DNA of 64,000 nucleotides. It comes from Octopus vulgaris. Lineage: Eukaryota. Location of the stretch: NCBI GenBank assembly GCA_951406725.2, contig OX597816.1:128216001-128280000 (forward strand), in the 5' to 3' direction. Position numbers and translations under genes: made by a program. Of the stretch, positions 50,635 to 63,813 are shown in pieces. The notes beneath the pieces were generated by a model. That model was given only the letters and a program-made list of their open reading frames with translations. It was not told the DNA's origin and ran no database searches. Position 1 is the first letter of the stretch. Each line of letters starts with the position of its first letter.

Positions 50635-51480
50635 GAGAGATTCAAAACCCAAACTTCATCAAGACAACCATTCGAAGTCCATTTTGCCACACATGCATTG
50701 GTTGACAGATTTCCAGTACTACATATTGCCATGCATCATGGTTCTTTGTCATCTCCTTCATGAGATTCAATTTCTGGAGGTCAGTCTTCACCACCTCAAT
50801 CCATGACTCTCTTAGTTTTACACTACCATAGATTTCCTCTAATTTGTGTCATTGACACTTTTTATACAATTGATATCCTTTATACATGTCACATGCCTGC
50901 ACCAAAGTAAACTTCCCTATTATGCATTACATCAGATTCTTGGGTTTGCTTCTATGTCTCATTTTCTTCTTTAAAATTCCAACAGATTCATCAATGAGAA
51001 CTAAAACATACATGAATTTCTGTGGACTACCCGTCTTAAATTCCTTTGCATGTTTTGGGGGCTATAATAAGCAAATCAAGACTGAAAACTGAGCCTTGGT
51101 AACCCTCTATCTGCAAGGTAAATTCTTCACTAACTCAGCTAACTCACGCCTTACTAACAGCTCTTCTGTAACTAGTTTGCACAGCCCTCACAAACCGTTC
51201 ATTTACTTCTAGTTTTGTTATACATAAGAGTGGGTACCCTATCAAAAGCCTTCCCTAGATTAACAATTGTTAGGTCCAGTGGCTTATTCATAGTCAAGTA
51301 TTCTGTAGTTCTTTCACATAGAAATGAAATTTGTAGTAACTCTAACTGGCATAAAGCTAAACTACATCTCAACTAGGTTGAATCTCTCTCTAATCAGTTG
51401 TGTTATATCTCTTTCCATAAATTTTGTACCTTGGTCCATTAATTTTATGCATCTATAGATGAGTATCTTTACTCTTGTAG
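50635..51480 (-). mobile_element. Highly decayed RTE LINE RT fragments
   Basis: Remnants such as GTTAATCTAGGGAAGGCTTTTGATAGGGTACCC (VNLGKAFDRVP, a form of the DLEKAFDRVP motif) near 51235-51265. Confidence 0.6.
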
Positions 51481-52859
51481 CAGTTAATGTTATTGCAGTA
51501 TCATTATCATCATCATTTCAGATGCAATCTTTGATATTGTAGCATAGTGGCATAGTGAGAAGAGGGATAAAAGCACCAGTAATCTTTTTGTAGGACCTCA
51601 GAGACTGTGTTGAGGGAAGTCTCAGAGACAGCATGAGGGGAAAGGGAGAAGAATTCATAATTCTTAGGTTATGACAGACCTTGTTTGGATGTTTGTAACA
51701 CAAGGGTTTCTGCTTTAAATGTCAAATGCTGGAGTTAAGTCAGGTAACAGATTAAGTTTAACATTCAAGAACAAGTGCTGTCTATTTGATAGGTTTTGGC
51801 ATCATTTCTGTCAGTCTAAATTTCACACACAAGGTTTGAGTTGACCTGCAGCTATGGTAAAAGACACTAGTCTATGCAGTAGGATTGAACCAAAAAGAAA
51901 ATGTCACTGCCTGTAAGTGAATGCATGACAATGCTTACACTCTGTACTTAGCTGACAAGAAATTTTGCTTTTCATTTGTGAATATATTGGCATTTAATTA
52001 TATACTGTTTGTTCATTTGCTTTATGTCAATTTCCCCATACTAGCATGAGTTAGATTAATACATTTTATTGAGTCATTGTTTTACAACTTTATTCCCTTC
52101 CTGTTACTAATCCTTTTCCGATTTTCAAGTAAAGAGTTTTTTTCTTATTCCATTTGTCTTCAAAAGCACAAGCTAGAAGTTCTTTTAACAAGGGAATGTT
52201 AACAAATGTCACCATCTTCTGCTCAATGTTTTCCTGTGAAGCAGTGCAGAATGTAAACATTGTTACAAATGTACATACACACACATACTAATGACAATAC
52301 TCCATGTAGTTTCACTGATTGATTCCAATCTCGATGCTACAGTAAAAGATACTTGTATAAGGTAAGTGAAATAAAGGTCTTAAGACAACATGGTAACAAA
52401 GCATACAGCATATATGTATGTGTATATCTGTGTGTGTTGAGGATATATACACATATGTATGTATATATATGTATGTATGTATCTATCTATCTACCTATCT
52501 ATCTATGTGTGTGTGAGAGGCCTTGCAAATAACCTTACACTTAAACACACACACACATACATACATATAATATATTAATTTTCAAGGTGAATAAGGCACT
52601 TAAATGGTAATGCACTGGGTTGGGTCAAAATTAAAATGCATACACAGCAAATATTGATGAATACAAACATTGGTACTGAAGTACAGGCAGAAAGATATTC
52701 TGGTTATGTATACAATTAACTGAACTCAGCAAAGTATGTTATCAGCTCTCAAGCCAATCCAGAAATGTACATTGTATTAAATATACAGTCCATAATTATT
52801 CTTTGGAACACACAAAGTCCAGGCTCTGAGAGAGGTGAATCATAAATAAATAAATATTA

Positions 52860-53171
52860 AACAACACCATCTGAGCATGACCAATGCCAGTACCCACTGA
52901 CTGGCCCCCATGCCAGTGGCACATAAAAAGCACTATCTGAACGAGATTGATGCCAGGTCCGCCTGACTGGCTCCTGTACTGGTGACATGTAAAAATCACC
53001 CACTACACTCTTGGTTGGAGTAGTTGGCATTAGGAAGGGCATCCAGCTGTGGAAACATTGCCAGATCAGATTGGAACCTGGTGCAGCTGCTGGCTCTCCA
53101 GACCTCTGTCAAACCGTCCAATCCATGCCAGCATGGAAAAACGGATGTTGAACGATGATGATGATGATGAT
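52860..53171 (+). mobile_element. SINE family B copy with (GAT)n tail
   Basis: GGCATTAGGAAGGGCATCCAGCTGT...CATGCCAGCATGG...GGATGTTGAACGATGATGATG. Confidence 0.8.
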
Positions 53172-53940
53172 ATGATTGCTGTTATCTTATCTACTATGGT
53201 TTTTTCATAACAGCTGTTCAAGACATTCTACATCCTATATACCACAAACTACCAAAAAAAAAAAAAAAAAAATGACAGCACCTAATATGCTGACATAGCA
53301 CATTAATAAAGAAATTTTTCTTCCTGCAAGATTCTTACTCACACATGAAGGCATATAATTTATTATATATAAAACAATAAAAATTAACATCTCTTTTTCT
53401 GCTTCAATACTATTGAGTATTATCCGTCTCTGAGGTAATCACTTCCAATGCAGAACACCATAAAACATCGACCATATTTCACTAATTCTTTACAGTAAAA
53501 TTAACAAATTTTGGTTTCAGTGAAAAATTTGTGTCATATTGTATAGTTAAGACAGTAAATGTACATTATTTTAGACAGTGAAAACATTTAACTAGTTGTT
53601 GAATAGAATGCTACTAATGAATAAAGCATCACTACTAGAGATCTCTAGGTATAGTTACAAATTATATGAGAGGAAACTAAAAAAAAAAAAAAATTTAAGA
53701 CATAGGAGTATAAATAAATTATAAAAATACAGCTTTCAGTTTAAGGGAAATCATCAAAAATTTGAACAATCTAAAGAATGTATTTTAAAACAATTTTCAT
53801 TCTGATCTCATTAAAATAGAAATATTTTGAAATGCTCACATCATAGCTTTTAAAGATTTCAAAATACACTGAAAATCTATTTTCATGCTTGAAATTATCT
53901 CTACACACATCTGCATTCCATTAAAACCTCACAAACAGAA

Positions 53941-54026
53941 TTAATAATAATAATAATAATAGTGATGATGATGATGATGATGATGATAGTAATAATAATA
54001 ATAATAATAATATAATAATAATGATG

Positions 54027-54079
<53 letters not shown>

Positions 54080-54097
54080 TAATTCTTTTTATTTTTT

Positions 54098-54145
<48 letters not shown>
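53941..54145. repeat. Compound (AAT)n/(GAT)n microsatellite
   Basis: Seen directly. It generates the spurious poly-L/Y/I ORF. Confidence 0.95.
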
Positions 54146-54151
<6 letters not shown>

Positions 54152-54701
54152 TAACAAATAGAAAAAAAAAACACTGTTTTCTCTTGTGCATTCACTTAAA
54201 CTCTGAAAGACATTTTGAGGGCATAATTTATTTGTTATAAACATTACACATGCCTCACTTCAGAAAAGTTTGGATAAAAAAAAAAAAGAAAAAGAAAAAG
54301 TGAAAGATCAAATAAGCAAAAAGAATTGTACACAAGTAACCTAATGTAGTTTCTCAAAACAGAGAGTAAATAAAAAGCAACAGCTCTCAGTACAGTTTCT
54401 GAAAATGATGTACATTATGAAAAACAATTTTTTAGCTATGCACGTACATAAGATATTGAGTAATAGAACAAAACACAGCAACATTTAAATTATTCTTTGT
54501 AATTACACATTTTAAAGTGGGGTAAAATTACACTATATGATAAATTATAATAAGTTTCATATTCTGAAATAAATGTATTTAGGAAAAATATGTTCTGTCT
54601 CTTTATTACTCCTATAATGGCTTCTGCTCCTCAGAGATGGCTGATGATAGATCTTTAGCCACTACACACATTTTTTTCTCTCCTTGTTTTTTTCTGTGTC
54701 C

Positions 54702-54737
54702 CTTTCTGTAGAAGAGCATAGGCTCGAAATGTAAAAG
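54702..54737 (+). ncRNA. Hammerhead-like motif with non-canonical core
   Basis: CTTT-CTGTAGA-A-GAGC atag GCTC-GAAA-TG-TA-AAAG. Same architecture as 20430-20464, but core position A6 is T. Confidence 0.5.
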
Positions 54738-55528
54738 ACTTTTTCAATTCCCTGTACACCACCTGTCTTCATCTTTTGCTTTTTTCGTGAACTCTCCTCA
54801 TACTTACAAACTCCAACATGCTTAACCCACTCATCTTTCTTCTACATGGCAATCTAGTTACATCCAGCTACCCATGCTCCCACCACCATCAACTTGCACA
54901 ACTCCCCATCCCAATCCTTCTTTCCCAAAGCATTTACCCTCTAGAATCTACTCCCTGCTCATGTCTTCTCTGCCCGTGTTGACTTTCAATAGTTTAAACA
55001 GAACCTTAATGACATCAACCTCACCAGTCTCAGAAGACCTACAAAGTCAAGGGCTCTGTCCCTTCCTTTTGATTCAGTAAGTAAACGAAAAAAATTATTT
55101 GACTCTACTTTTTTTCTCAGATATGTTAGAACACAAGGAAGTATTCACTTAAAAAGTGCTTCAGTAGGTCAAAATGCAGTCACCGGAATAACAAACGGTC
55201 AGTTAAAGAATTGGCATATTCTATCACAATAGAGCATTGTGTTGTTGTGTCCATGAGAAACACATTCAATTCACAATGACCTAATGCATTTATTATATGA
55301 GCTGAGGCTATATGTACTGAATGCAAATCCTCTCTTGGGGTAAACTTATAGCAGAGTAACATTCTTAATTAAAAAGATGTCTCTCAGCCCCTTAGCACAA
55401 TGACAACCACAAGGTCCAGTATACCTTGCCTGCTATGTAATGCACATCTCATATTCAAGGTATATGCATGTGAGTGTGCGAGTACATATAGATATGTATA
55501 TATGCATGTTTGTATGTGTGTGTATGTT

Positions 55529-55564
<36 letters not shown>

Positions 55565-55678
55565 ATAAATGATTTATATATGCATAAATACATACGTATA
55601 TGTACCTACTTCATGTTCTATGTACCCGTACTTCAGATTTTTTGTTGTACACATTTCATGACATCCAATGCTCACATA

Positions 55679-55715
<37 letters not shown>

Positions 55716-55733
55716 GTATAGATGTAAGTATGT

Positions 55734-55778
<45 letters not shown>

Positions 55779-55870
55779 TATATATATATTGATATCATTA
55801 TATGGCTGAACACCATGCATCCTCTTCCAAGTAAGTTTTATATATATATATATATATACACACACGCACA

Positions 55871-55936
<66 letters not shown>

Positions 55937-56879
55937 ACAGAGTAATCTTTGGAAAAGGATCCTGTACTTATCAGAGTTAAACAACAATCTCTTGCATTAC
56001 CCCAAGTCTATCTTAGTTCAAATATTCTCCATTTTACTCATCAGTGAAATGAATCATATCTTAATGACTAAAATTAGGATACTTCAATTCAAAAGTTTGC
56101 TTAATATAATTCCTTTAGCTAGAATAGTTTCCAGAAAATAAATTTTCATCAATATTATTTATGCGTATTCAAATATTAGTTCTATAATTCAGGTCACCAT
56201 TTTCTTTCTTTTTCACTTTTTTACATGGCTATTTGCATTATTATACTCCAATAAGGGCATTTTGTTTTATATATATTGAAAGAGAAAAATATTTTTTGAA
56301 AGTTACTGCTACAGCAAGTTATGATGGATTCAGTAAGAACTCTCAGCAACAGACAGATTGTAATAAAAAGCCAATCAACCAATGGATTTTCACAAAAAAA
56401 CTAAAACAAAAAATACTTATGCTAAAAGGTATCTTACATAACCTATATTCTTTTGTGGAGGAAAATGCATATATGTAGGACACATTTCAATCAACATGAT
56501 TGTTCTTAAGTTAAGAAAGTAACAATAGGAATAATCTAGAAATAAAGAGCAGTGACCAAGAATGTTTGTTGTGGCATTGTAAGAGATAAAAACTGATAGA
56601 TAGCAGTTGATAGAACTATGTGTAGAAATAAAACATTTCTGAAAATAAGAACATCCATTTCTTCTAAGCTAATATCAAGACTACAGATTTTGAAAGAATT
56701 CATATGTATAATGATTCCAGTAATTCATAAACTAATGTCTTTTGCTTGGATTTTATACAAACATTCAGTTTCTCTAATTAAACTTTGTTGTAAATAACAA
56801 ACCAAATTAGCAATTATTTTTATTTAATATTTTATTAATTGTTTCCTCTTTTGTTCAGACTTTTTCTACAAAAATCAAA

Positions 56880-57420
56880 GCAAGCATCATCCTTATATTC
56901 AACAAGGGTAATAGGAATGAATGCAATAAGTGTCAAGAGATTTCTCTACTTGCTATTGTTAAGAAGATCAAGAGTGTGGCTCAACAGAGTGAGTTCAAAA
57001 ATCACAGTGGCTCTACTTGAAACTCAATGTAATTCTAGAAGAAGAACAAATCTAGTAGATATGATGTTCTGTTTCTGAAAGAGCCAGGGAAAATAAATGG
57101 AACAAATAAGGTATTGCATGAGGTTTTCATTGAATTGACAAATTCAACACATTAAAAAAGTCAAGTCTGTAGCAAAAACTCAGGTTTTGGTGTCCAGAAA
57201 AGTTCACTCATATGATAGTCCTTAGATATTTGGTGTGAAGGCTCAGATCACACAGATAAACTCCAGGTCAGTACAGTTTTATGTCATTGCAAGAGTCAAG
57301 CAAGGAAGCATTCTAGTGCCAATATAATTCTTACATTTTAACTTGTTTAAAAAGCCAGATCTCAATGCCAAGATCAAAATCATATATGAGTTAGTCAAAG
57401 AAATGTTCTTTCCGGATAAC
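56880..57420 (+). mobile_element. Ancient RTE-like LINE RT remnant
   Basis: Frame pieces IILIFNKGNRNECNKCQEISLL and VWLNRV...LLETQCNSRRRTNLVDMMFC correspond to RTE motifs KGDR..C.NYRGISLL and LPESQCGFR..RST.DMIF. Confidence 0.7.
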
Positions 57421-57465
57421 TGTAATCTTTATTTCCATAGTGCAGAAGACAGATAGAACTTGAGA

Positions 57466-57634
57466 ATATTCTTTTCTACTCTGGGCACAAGGCCTGAAAT
57501 TTTGGGGTAGGAGGCCAGTCGATTAGATCCACCCCAGTACACAACTAGTATTTAATTTATCAACCTTGAAAAGGATGAGAGGCAAAGATGACCTTGACAG
57601 AATTTGAACTCAGAACATAAAGACAGACGAAATA
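57466..57634 (-). mobile_element. 5'-truncated family C SINE with a different tail
   Basis: Family C body, with tail AATTTCAGGCCTTGTGCCCAGAGTAGAAAAGAAT. Confidence 0.75.
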
Positions 57635-58156
57635 GAGCTTGCAAGGAAAATTAATACACACAAGTGCAAAATCTTTGGATCCCATTATTATTGAAAAGAA
57701 GCCTATATAATCAAACCAATTTAGAGAGAGAGAGAGAGAGAGAGAGAAAGTGGGGACTTTGGAACAAGAAGCACATGTCAACCAATTGAAGTGCAAAATA
57801 CATTGTAGCAATAACATTATATACCCTACTTTATAGATTAGAAGCAATGATGATATATCACAAATAAAAAAGCTGCATTTATAAAATACCTTTGACAAAT
57901 CATAAGCAATACATGAAAAGTTAAGGTCATGAACACTTTCATTCAAGTATAGAAGAAAGAAAGATGCAACAAAACCTTGCCTGTGTTGGTCATGTCCAAC
58001 TAATGGCAGAAAAAATATTCTACTCACAACTAAATAATGTTACAAGAATTCAGAGTAGATGCCCCACTAAGACAGACAATGTGTCTAAATGAGGAGATTG
58101 GATTTTACAGCATGCTCCTGATTGACAGAAATAGTGAAGATAAAAAGAAAAATTTA

Positions 58157-58312
58157 CAGGCTTGGCTGTGTGGTAAGAAGATTCTTTTCCAACCACATGG
58201 TTCCAGGTTCAGTCCCACTGTGTGGCATCTTGGGCAAGTATCTTCTACTATATCTTAGATCTGACCAAAACCATGTGAGTGGATTTGGTTGATAGAAACT
58301 GAAAGAAGCCCA

Positions 58313-58351
<39 letters not shown>

Positions 58352-58572
58352 CATACAGTATATATGTGCATGTGTGTGTCTTTTTTGTCTGTGTTTGTCT
58401 CTCCATCGCCACTTGACAACCAGTGTTGGTGTTTTTATGTTCCTATAACTTAGTGGTTCAGCAAAAGAAATTGATAGAATAATTACTAGGCTTAAAAAAT
58501 AAAGCCTGGGGTTGATTTGTTCAACCAGCGTAATCACAGTTTATATGACTGAAACAAGTAAAAGAATAAAAG
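58157..58572 (+). mobile_element. SINE family A, full length with internal (CA)n
   Basis: GGCTTGGCTGTGTGGTAAGAAG head, GGTTCAGTCCC B-box, tail ATGACTGAAACAAGTAAAAGAATAAAAG. Confidence 0.85.
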
Positions 58573-58934
58573 TATACTGATAGTACAATGTCCAAAATTT
58601 CATACAGACAGTCATTATCAACAGTAAATGGATTGCTTATGTACATACATACCCACAGAATATATGATTTGTGATTACTGTGTTAGACTCACAGCTGTAA
58701 GACTATGTGTTTTGGCATTCTGTATCCTTGAGCACAACATTTTATTGGAAACTGTTTCAGTCAAGCTAACTGAAAACAAGTACCAGTAACAGCTGATGCT
58801 GTTCATCTTGTGGTCTCTTGTCCTCTTCATTAGAGAAAGTCTTGCATTTTTTTTGTCAATTGACTCTTCAGAAATCAGGAAAGGCTCTGGCCTAATTAGC
58901 TTGCATGCTTGATAATGATGATGATGATAATAAT

Positions 58935-58971
<37 letters not shown>

Positions 58972-61394
58972 GCATATATGACAGGCTCATGCATGATTTC
59001 TGCCCACTAAATTCTACTCACAAAGCATTAGTAACACTGATATTGCAATAGAAGACACTTGCCCAAGGTGATGTACAGCAGGATCAAACCTGGAACTATG
59101 TGCTCGTGGAGCAAACTTCTAAAGCACATAACTACCCATACATACGGCATAAGTTTGTAAATAAATTTACATGCGTATGCTTAATAAATATTCCTTTGGC
59201 TTCACTATACAAATAGACCACAACTTTAAAATTTGGGACAGAATAATTACAGGTAAGTTTATAAACACATTAAAAGTATGTATGTTTAACAGCTATACAT
59301 TTTGCTTTTATGAGCAAATTTATGTATAATATAATCCCACTGTATCGTTATTTTAGGTAATTAATCTACAATACTAATAAATAAAATAATATACAAATAA
59401 GCAAAAGCAATGCCTGTTGTCCATTGCATTTCTCTTAAATAACTGTAAGCTGCCCCCTCCCATCTCTCCCTCTATAAATAACCTGAATTTAGAACTCTTG
59501 ATGAGCTGGTAACAACAGGCAAAATCAGACACTGATTTACATGCATTAGGATCTAAGAGAAGTATGATTTCAACTATTGGAATGATTAAGCAAACATAGC
59601 AACTAAAGATATTTCTTCCAATTTCCAAATTGTATTACAAATATATATTAAAAATAAGTTTGTATATCTATGAATCTGCAAAAAAAATTATTTGATTTAT
59701 TCTGTCAATACCAACTAACCTTGGAGAAAAATTTGATAAAAATAATGAATTCTACCTCTCAAACATATCTCACAGAGAATATGAAATTTAGGATAAAGTC
59801 AAAATTCTATGTGATGATGAACTAGTATGTTGAATTCTTATATTTCAAATTCCCATCACTTATGAATATTAAACAGAAAAGAGAAAGAAAAACAAATTTC
59901 ATCTAATACCTGACATTGAAGCTGCTCTGGAGTATAAAACTTCAACAACTGGGTTGTACTAACATTTTATTTTTATCTCTGATTGCCAGTATAAATCAAT
60001 ATGGTATCATTTTGCTCAGTATTTCAAACCAGACTTTCTTATCTGTTGATCAAATAATATATTCTCTCTGTTCATTCTATTCTATTTTCTGGTTTGAATT
60101 AATATAGAAAAATGAAATCATGTCTCTTATTGTAGTTTAGTAAATTATCAGATATTTATTTTTATACCTTATATAAAGATCAAAGACAATTGCAAGTGGA
60201 AAAAGGAATATGCAAAAGAAAATTATGGCTATCAACAGGAGTGGCAAAATAATCACTTTTTCTTTGAGCATGTTAATAAGATTACTTGTTTTATTTCCCA
60301 GACATGTATTTCACACTTCAAAGCTTTGAATTTGTAATGCTATTTCATTACAAGACATGCATATATTCATCAAAGCTTCTGATCTCTACAGTTTAAAACT
60401 TCAATATTTGAGATAAAAATAAGCGTACAAATCAAATATATTCCAATTGATGACAAACTGTCAGTGGTAGTTTAATTTGCCAAGTCTCAAATCTTGGCAA
60501 ATATGCTATTTTCTGTTCTGGAGGAGATTTGACAGATTTCAGCTTCAAAATACAATCTCAGTAACGTGACCAGAAAATGAAAAATTACAGAGAGCAAATA
60601 TTCTTTAGAAATTTCACAACGAATTAAAACCTGAGCCTTTTCCTGTTTCATGTATTCTTGTTTCCCTTATTGCTAATATGAAACAAATGTCTATTATCAG
60701 CTAATGAATAGCAATGGGAGCTGTCAATTAGAATTATTAACAATAGCTAAATGTTGATAAATTCATTTTGTTTTATAAGGACTACTTTATAAGAATTGAA
60801 AATTGGGAAAAAATATATCTTAATAAAATAATCCAGTAGATTAACAATAATCAGATAAACCTAAGGAGCATTCTTTGTTACTCTAAGATTCTATATTCTA
60901 TATATTTCAATAACTTGATCCTTATGATAGACAAATGAGTTTTAATTATATTTATTTCAAGGATTTTATTTCTAAAGTTAACTATGCTATATTATATTGT
61001 CTTTCATTTCCAGTAACTTGAAACATGGACCCTAATGTGAAAATCCCAAGCCAACAGAGATGCTTTTATGTCAATGATTCCCAACCTAAAGACCATGGAA
61101 TCTTGTGACGCCACAAAGGTATGACTTGCAATCTAAGAATTGAGCTCAAATCTTTAAATAAGTTAAAATAAAATGCATCAATTTTCAGTTGCATATAATT
61201 ATTCAGTATTATAATATCTTTCAAATGATTTGAGAAATGTGTTTGTTGTTAGTTTATTTGACAAAATTGGTTTATTCAGTTGGTAACTATTAAAAATAGT
61301 GTTTTTAACACACCAAGTCCATAGGAGATGTTGGAGTGACAAACACACACAAATATATACATATACATACATACACACACACATATATACAATA

Positions 61395-61547
61395 AAGTTC
61401 TTTCAGTTTCTGTCTATCAAATCCACTCACAAGGCTTTGGTCAGGTCAAGGCTATAGTAGAAGACACTTGTCCAAGGTGCCATGCAGTGGAACTGAACCC
61501 AGAACCATGTGGTTGGGAAGTAAGCTTCTTACAACACACCCATGCCT
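61395..61547 (-). mobile_element. SINE family A copy
   Basis: Clear homology to the family A head and body. Confidence 0.8.
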
Positions 61548-62603
61548 AAAGAGAGAGATGGAAGATGCAAAAATTGCTGTAATCAATAAAAATTCTTGTA
61601 TCTTTCATATCTCTCAGTAATCAAATACTCAACCAATACTGAGCCAGTGAACATGCTTTACCAGCAAACTACCAGGTGTCTACCATACAATTTATTAACT
61701 AATATATATATATGTGTGTGTGTGTATGAGACACAACATATTCGTCATGATCTTATCTGTTTCTGTTGAAAAGGGGTGGACATATGGGACAACTGAAATA
61801 CAATCTTGTTGCAATGTTGATTCAGCTCATCCTCTGAGGATCAAAGTATTCTGTGATGTAAACTCATCAGTAGCAACTAGACCATCATTGGTCTGCTTTT
61901 AGTGTGTATAACCTACATCAGGCAAAACTTATTTTGTACAATAACATATATATCAGTCGTTCATATTACACATCCAGAAGAACAAGTAGTCATCTCTCCT
62001 GTTGTTTTTTCTGTTGCAACCTATCCAGTTTAGAGTTAAAAAAAAAAAAAGATGAAAAAGATGGTCCTAATCAATTTTCATCACTGCTGCTAGGCAAGTA
62101 TGAACCATAGAGAATGATAAGTCATCATGTCAGAGCAATTTTCTTTTCATTATTATTTCTCTCTATAGCTGCATACTGCATTATTTTGAAGATCAAAAGT
62201 TAAATATTTCTATCCTTTATGGAATGTTTTCTGAAATTGGTTTAATATATTTCTATTTTCTTAAAGTGCAAAAGTTCAAATTGGGGCTCAAAAATCTAAA
62301 TTTTCAAATATTTGTAATATAATTGAAAAACTCAAACTCAAAGCTTTGGGCTAGTTTAGTTTCTGTGATAGAATCCCAGAAACATTTTATGTATGCACAT
62401 GCACACACACATACACACACATTTGCGGACAAACTGTCACACATGGATACATAAATACATTCATACACAAAAATTCATACATACATACATACATAGATAC
62501 CTACACACACACACATATAATTGTTAAAGAGGACAAAATACGTTAAGGCAAGGCAAACATCTGAAGTCATATACATTATTATTACTATTGGTAAAGATTC
62601 AAA

Positions 62604-62659
62604 GTCTTACAGCTGTATCTGGGATATCCCAGAATATGGGATATTCCATCATCGGAGAC
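62604..62659 (-). ncRNA. Decayed type I hammerhead motif
   Basis: Minus strand reads GTCT-CCGATGA-TGG(A)ATATCCCA...TGGGATATCCCA-GATA-CAGCTG-TA-AGAC. It has two core substitutions and the palindrome ACAGCTGT. Confidence 0.6.
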
Positions 62660-63140
62660 AAATGGGGAAAATGAGAAGGGTATAGATTAATGAAATTATG
62701 ACATAGAGGACAGGAGAAAAGGAATAAGGAGATGAAAAAGAGAAGAAAAAGAAGTATAAACGTTTACAGTTCAACTTACCGATCTGGTAGAAATAAGGAC
62801 TTATGGACTTCTAACCCCACTAGGTTTCCCACTGTGGGGATGAGGTGAACCGAGAAAAAAGGGCCTGTGACATAAGTGGCTGAGGGGCTCTACTGGAAGA
62901 GTAGGAGTGAGAGATGTTACATGAGTGGAAGTAGGACCAGCGTAGGCCTCTTCATTTTGGGGAGATCATGGCAGATGGATGCGTGTGGATGTATGAGCTA
63001 GAGAGGGAATTTGGTAAGTTCTGGTGATAGATTAAGCAGGTAGGGCACTTATCAGATGTAACACAGCTGGATAGTCGATGTGGCAAAGGAAACTGGAAGG
63101 TAGGTGACTCACACTTTGTTCCTCATACAACACCCATCCT

Positions 63141-63186
63141 TAAAAAAAATACATGTCAAGTGTTAAAAAAAATACATGTCAAGTGT
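63141..63186. repeat. 23-bp tandem duplication
   Basis: TAAAAAAAATACATGTCAAGTGT occurs twice. Confidence 0.9.
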
Positions 63187-63452
63187 GAAAATACCTCAAG
63201 TTGCTTCTATCCAACAAGGCCACTTACTTTGACAATAATCCTTACATTAAAACATTACACTACAGAACATTGTCTCTTTACTCAACAAACCTTTGAATCT
63301 CTCACTCTCTAAAGGGACATACTGAGACATTTAGATATATGTTGTAGAGTATTGCATTCTCAAGAAAGGCAACTCTTTTGACCCAGCCAACTATCATCTC
63401 ATTGCTCTCACCTCCAACATCTTCAAGTTAATAGTGACAGACATTAACAATG

Positions 63453-63813
63453 GTGGAGGCACGTGGCTTAGTGGTTAGGGTGTCAGCACCATAATTGTAA
63501 GATTGTGGTTTTGATTCCTGGACCGGGCAAAACACTCCTTTCACATTGCTCCAGTCCACACAGCTGGCAAAAATGAGTAAAAAGGTGGCAAGCTGGCAGA
63601 AACGTTAGCATACCGGGAGAAATGCTTAGCGGTATTTCGTCTGCAGCAACATTCTGAGTTCAAATTCTGTGGAGGTGGACTTTGCCTTTCATCCTTTCGG
63701 GGTCGATAAATAAAGTACCAGTTACGCGCTGGGTCGATATAATCGACTTAATCCATTTGTCTGTCTTTGTTTGTCCTCTCTGTGTGTAGCCCCTTGTGGG
63801 CAGTAAAGAAATA
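63453..63813 (+). mobile_element. Composite (dimeric) SINE: a tRNA-like left monomer fused to a complete family C SINE, single 14-bp TSD
   Basis: TSD AGACATTAACAATG at 63439-63452 and 63814-63827. The left head is GTGGCTTAGTGGTTAGGG...GGTTTTGATTCC and the right monomer starts near 63581. The element ends AGTAAAGAAATA. Confidence 0.88.

Noticed and set aside
63453-63530. Functional tRNA gene
   Set aside because: A/B-box-like motifs are present, but there is no intact cloverleaf and it lies within a TSD-bounded SINE.
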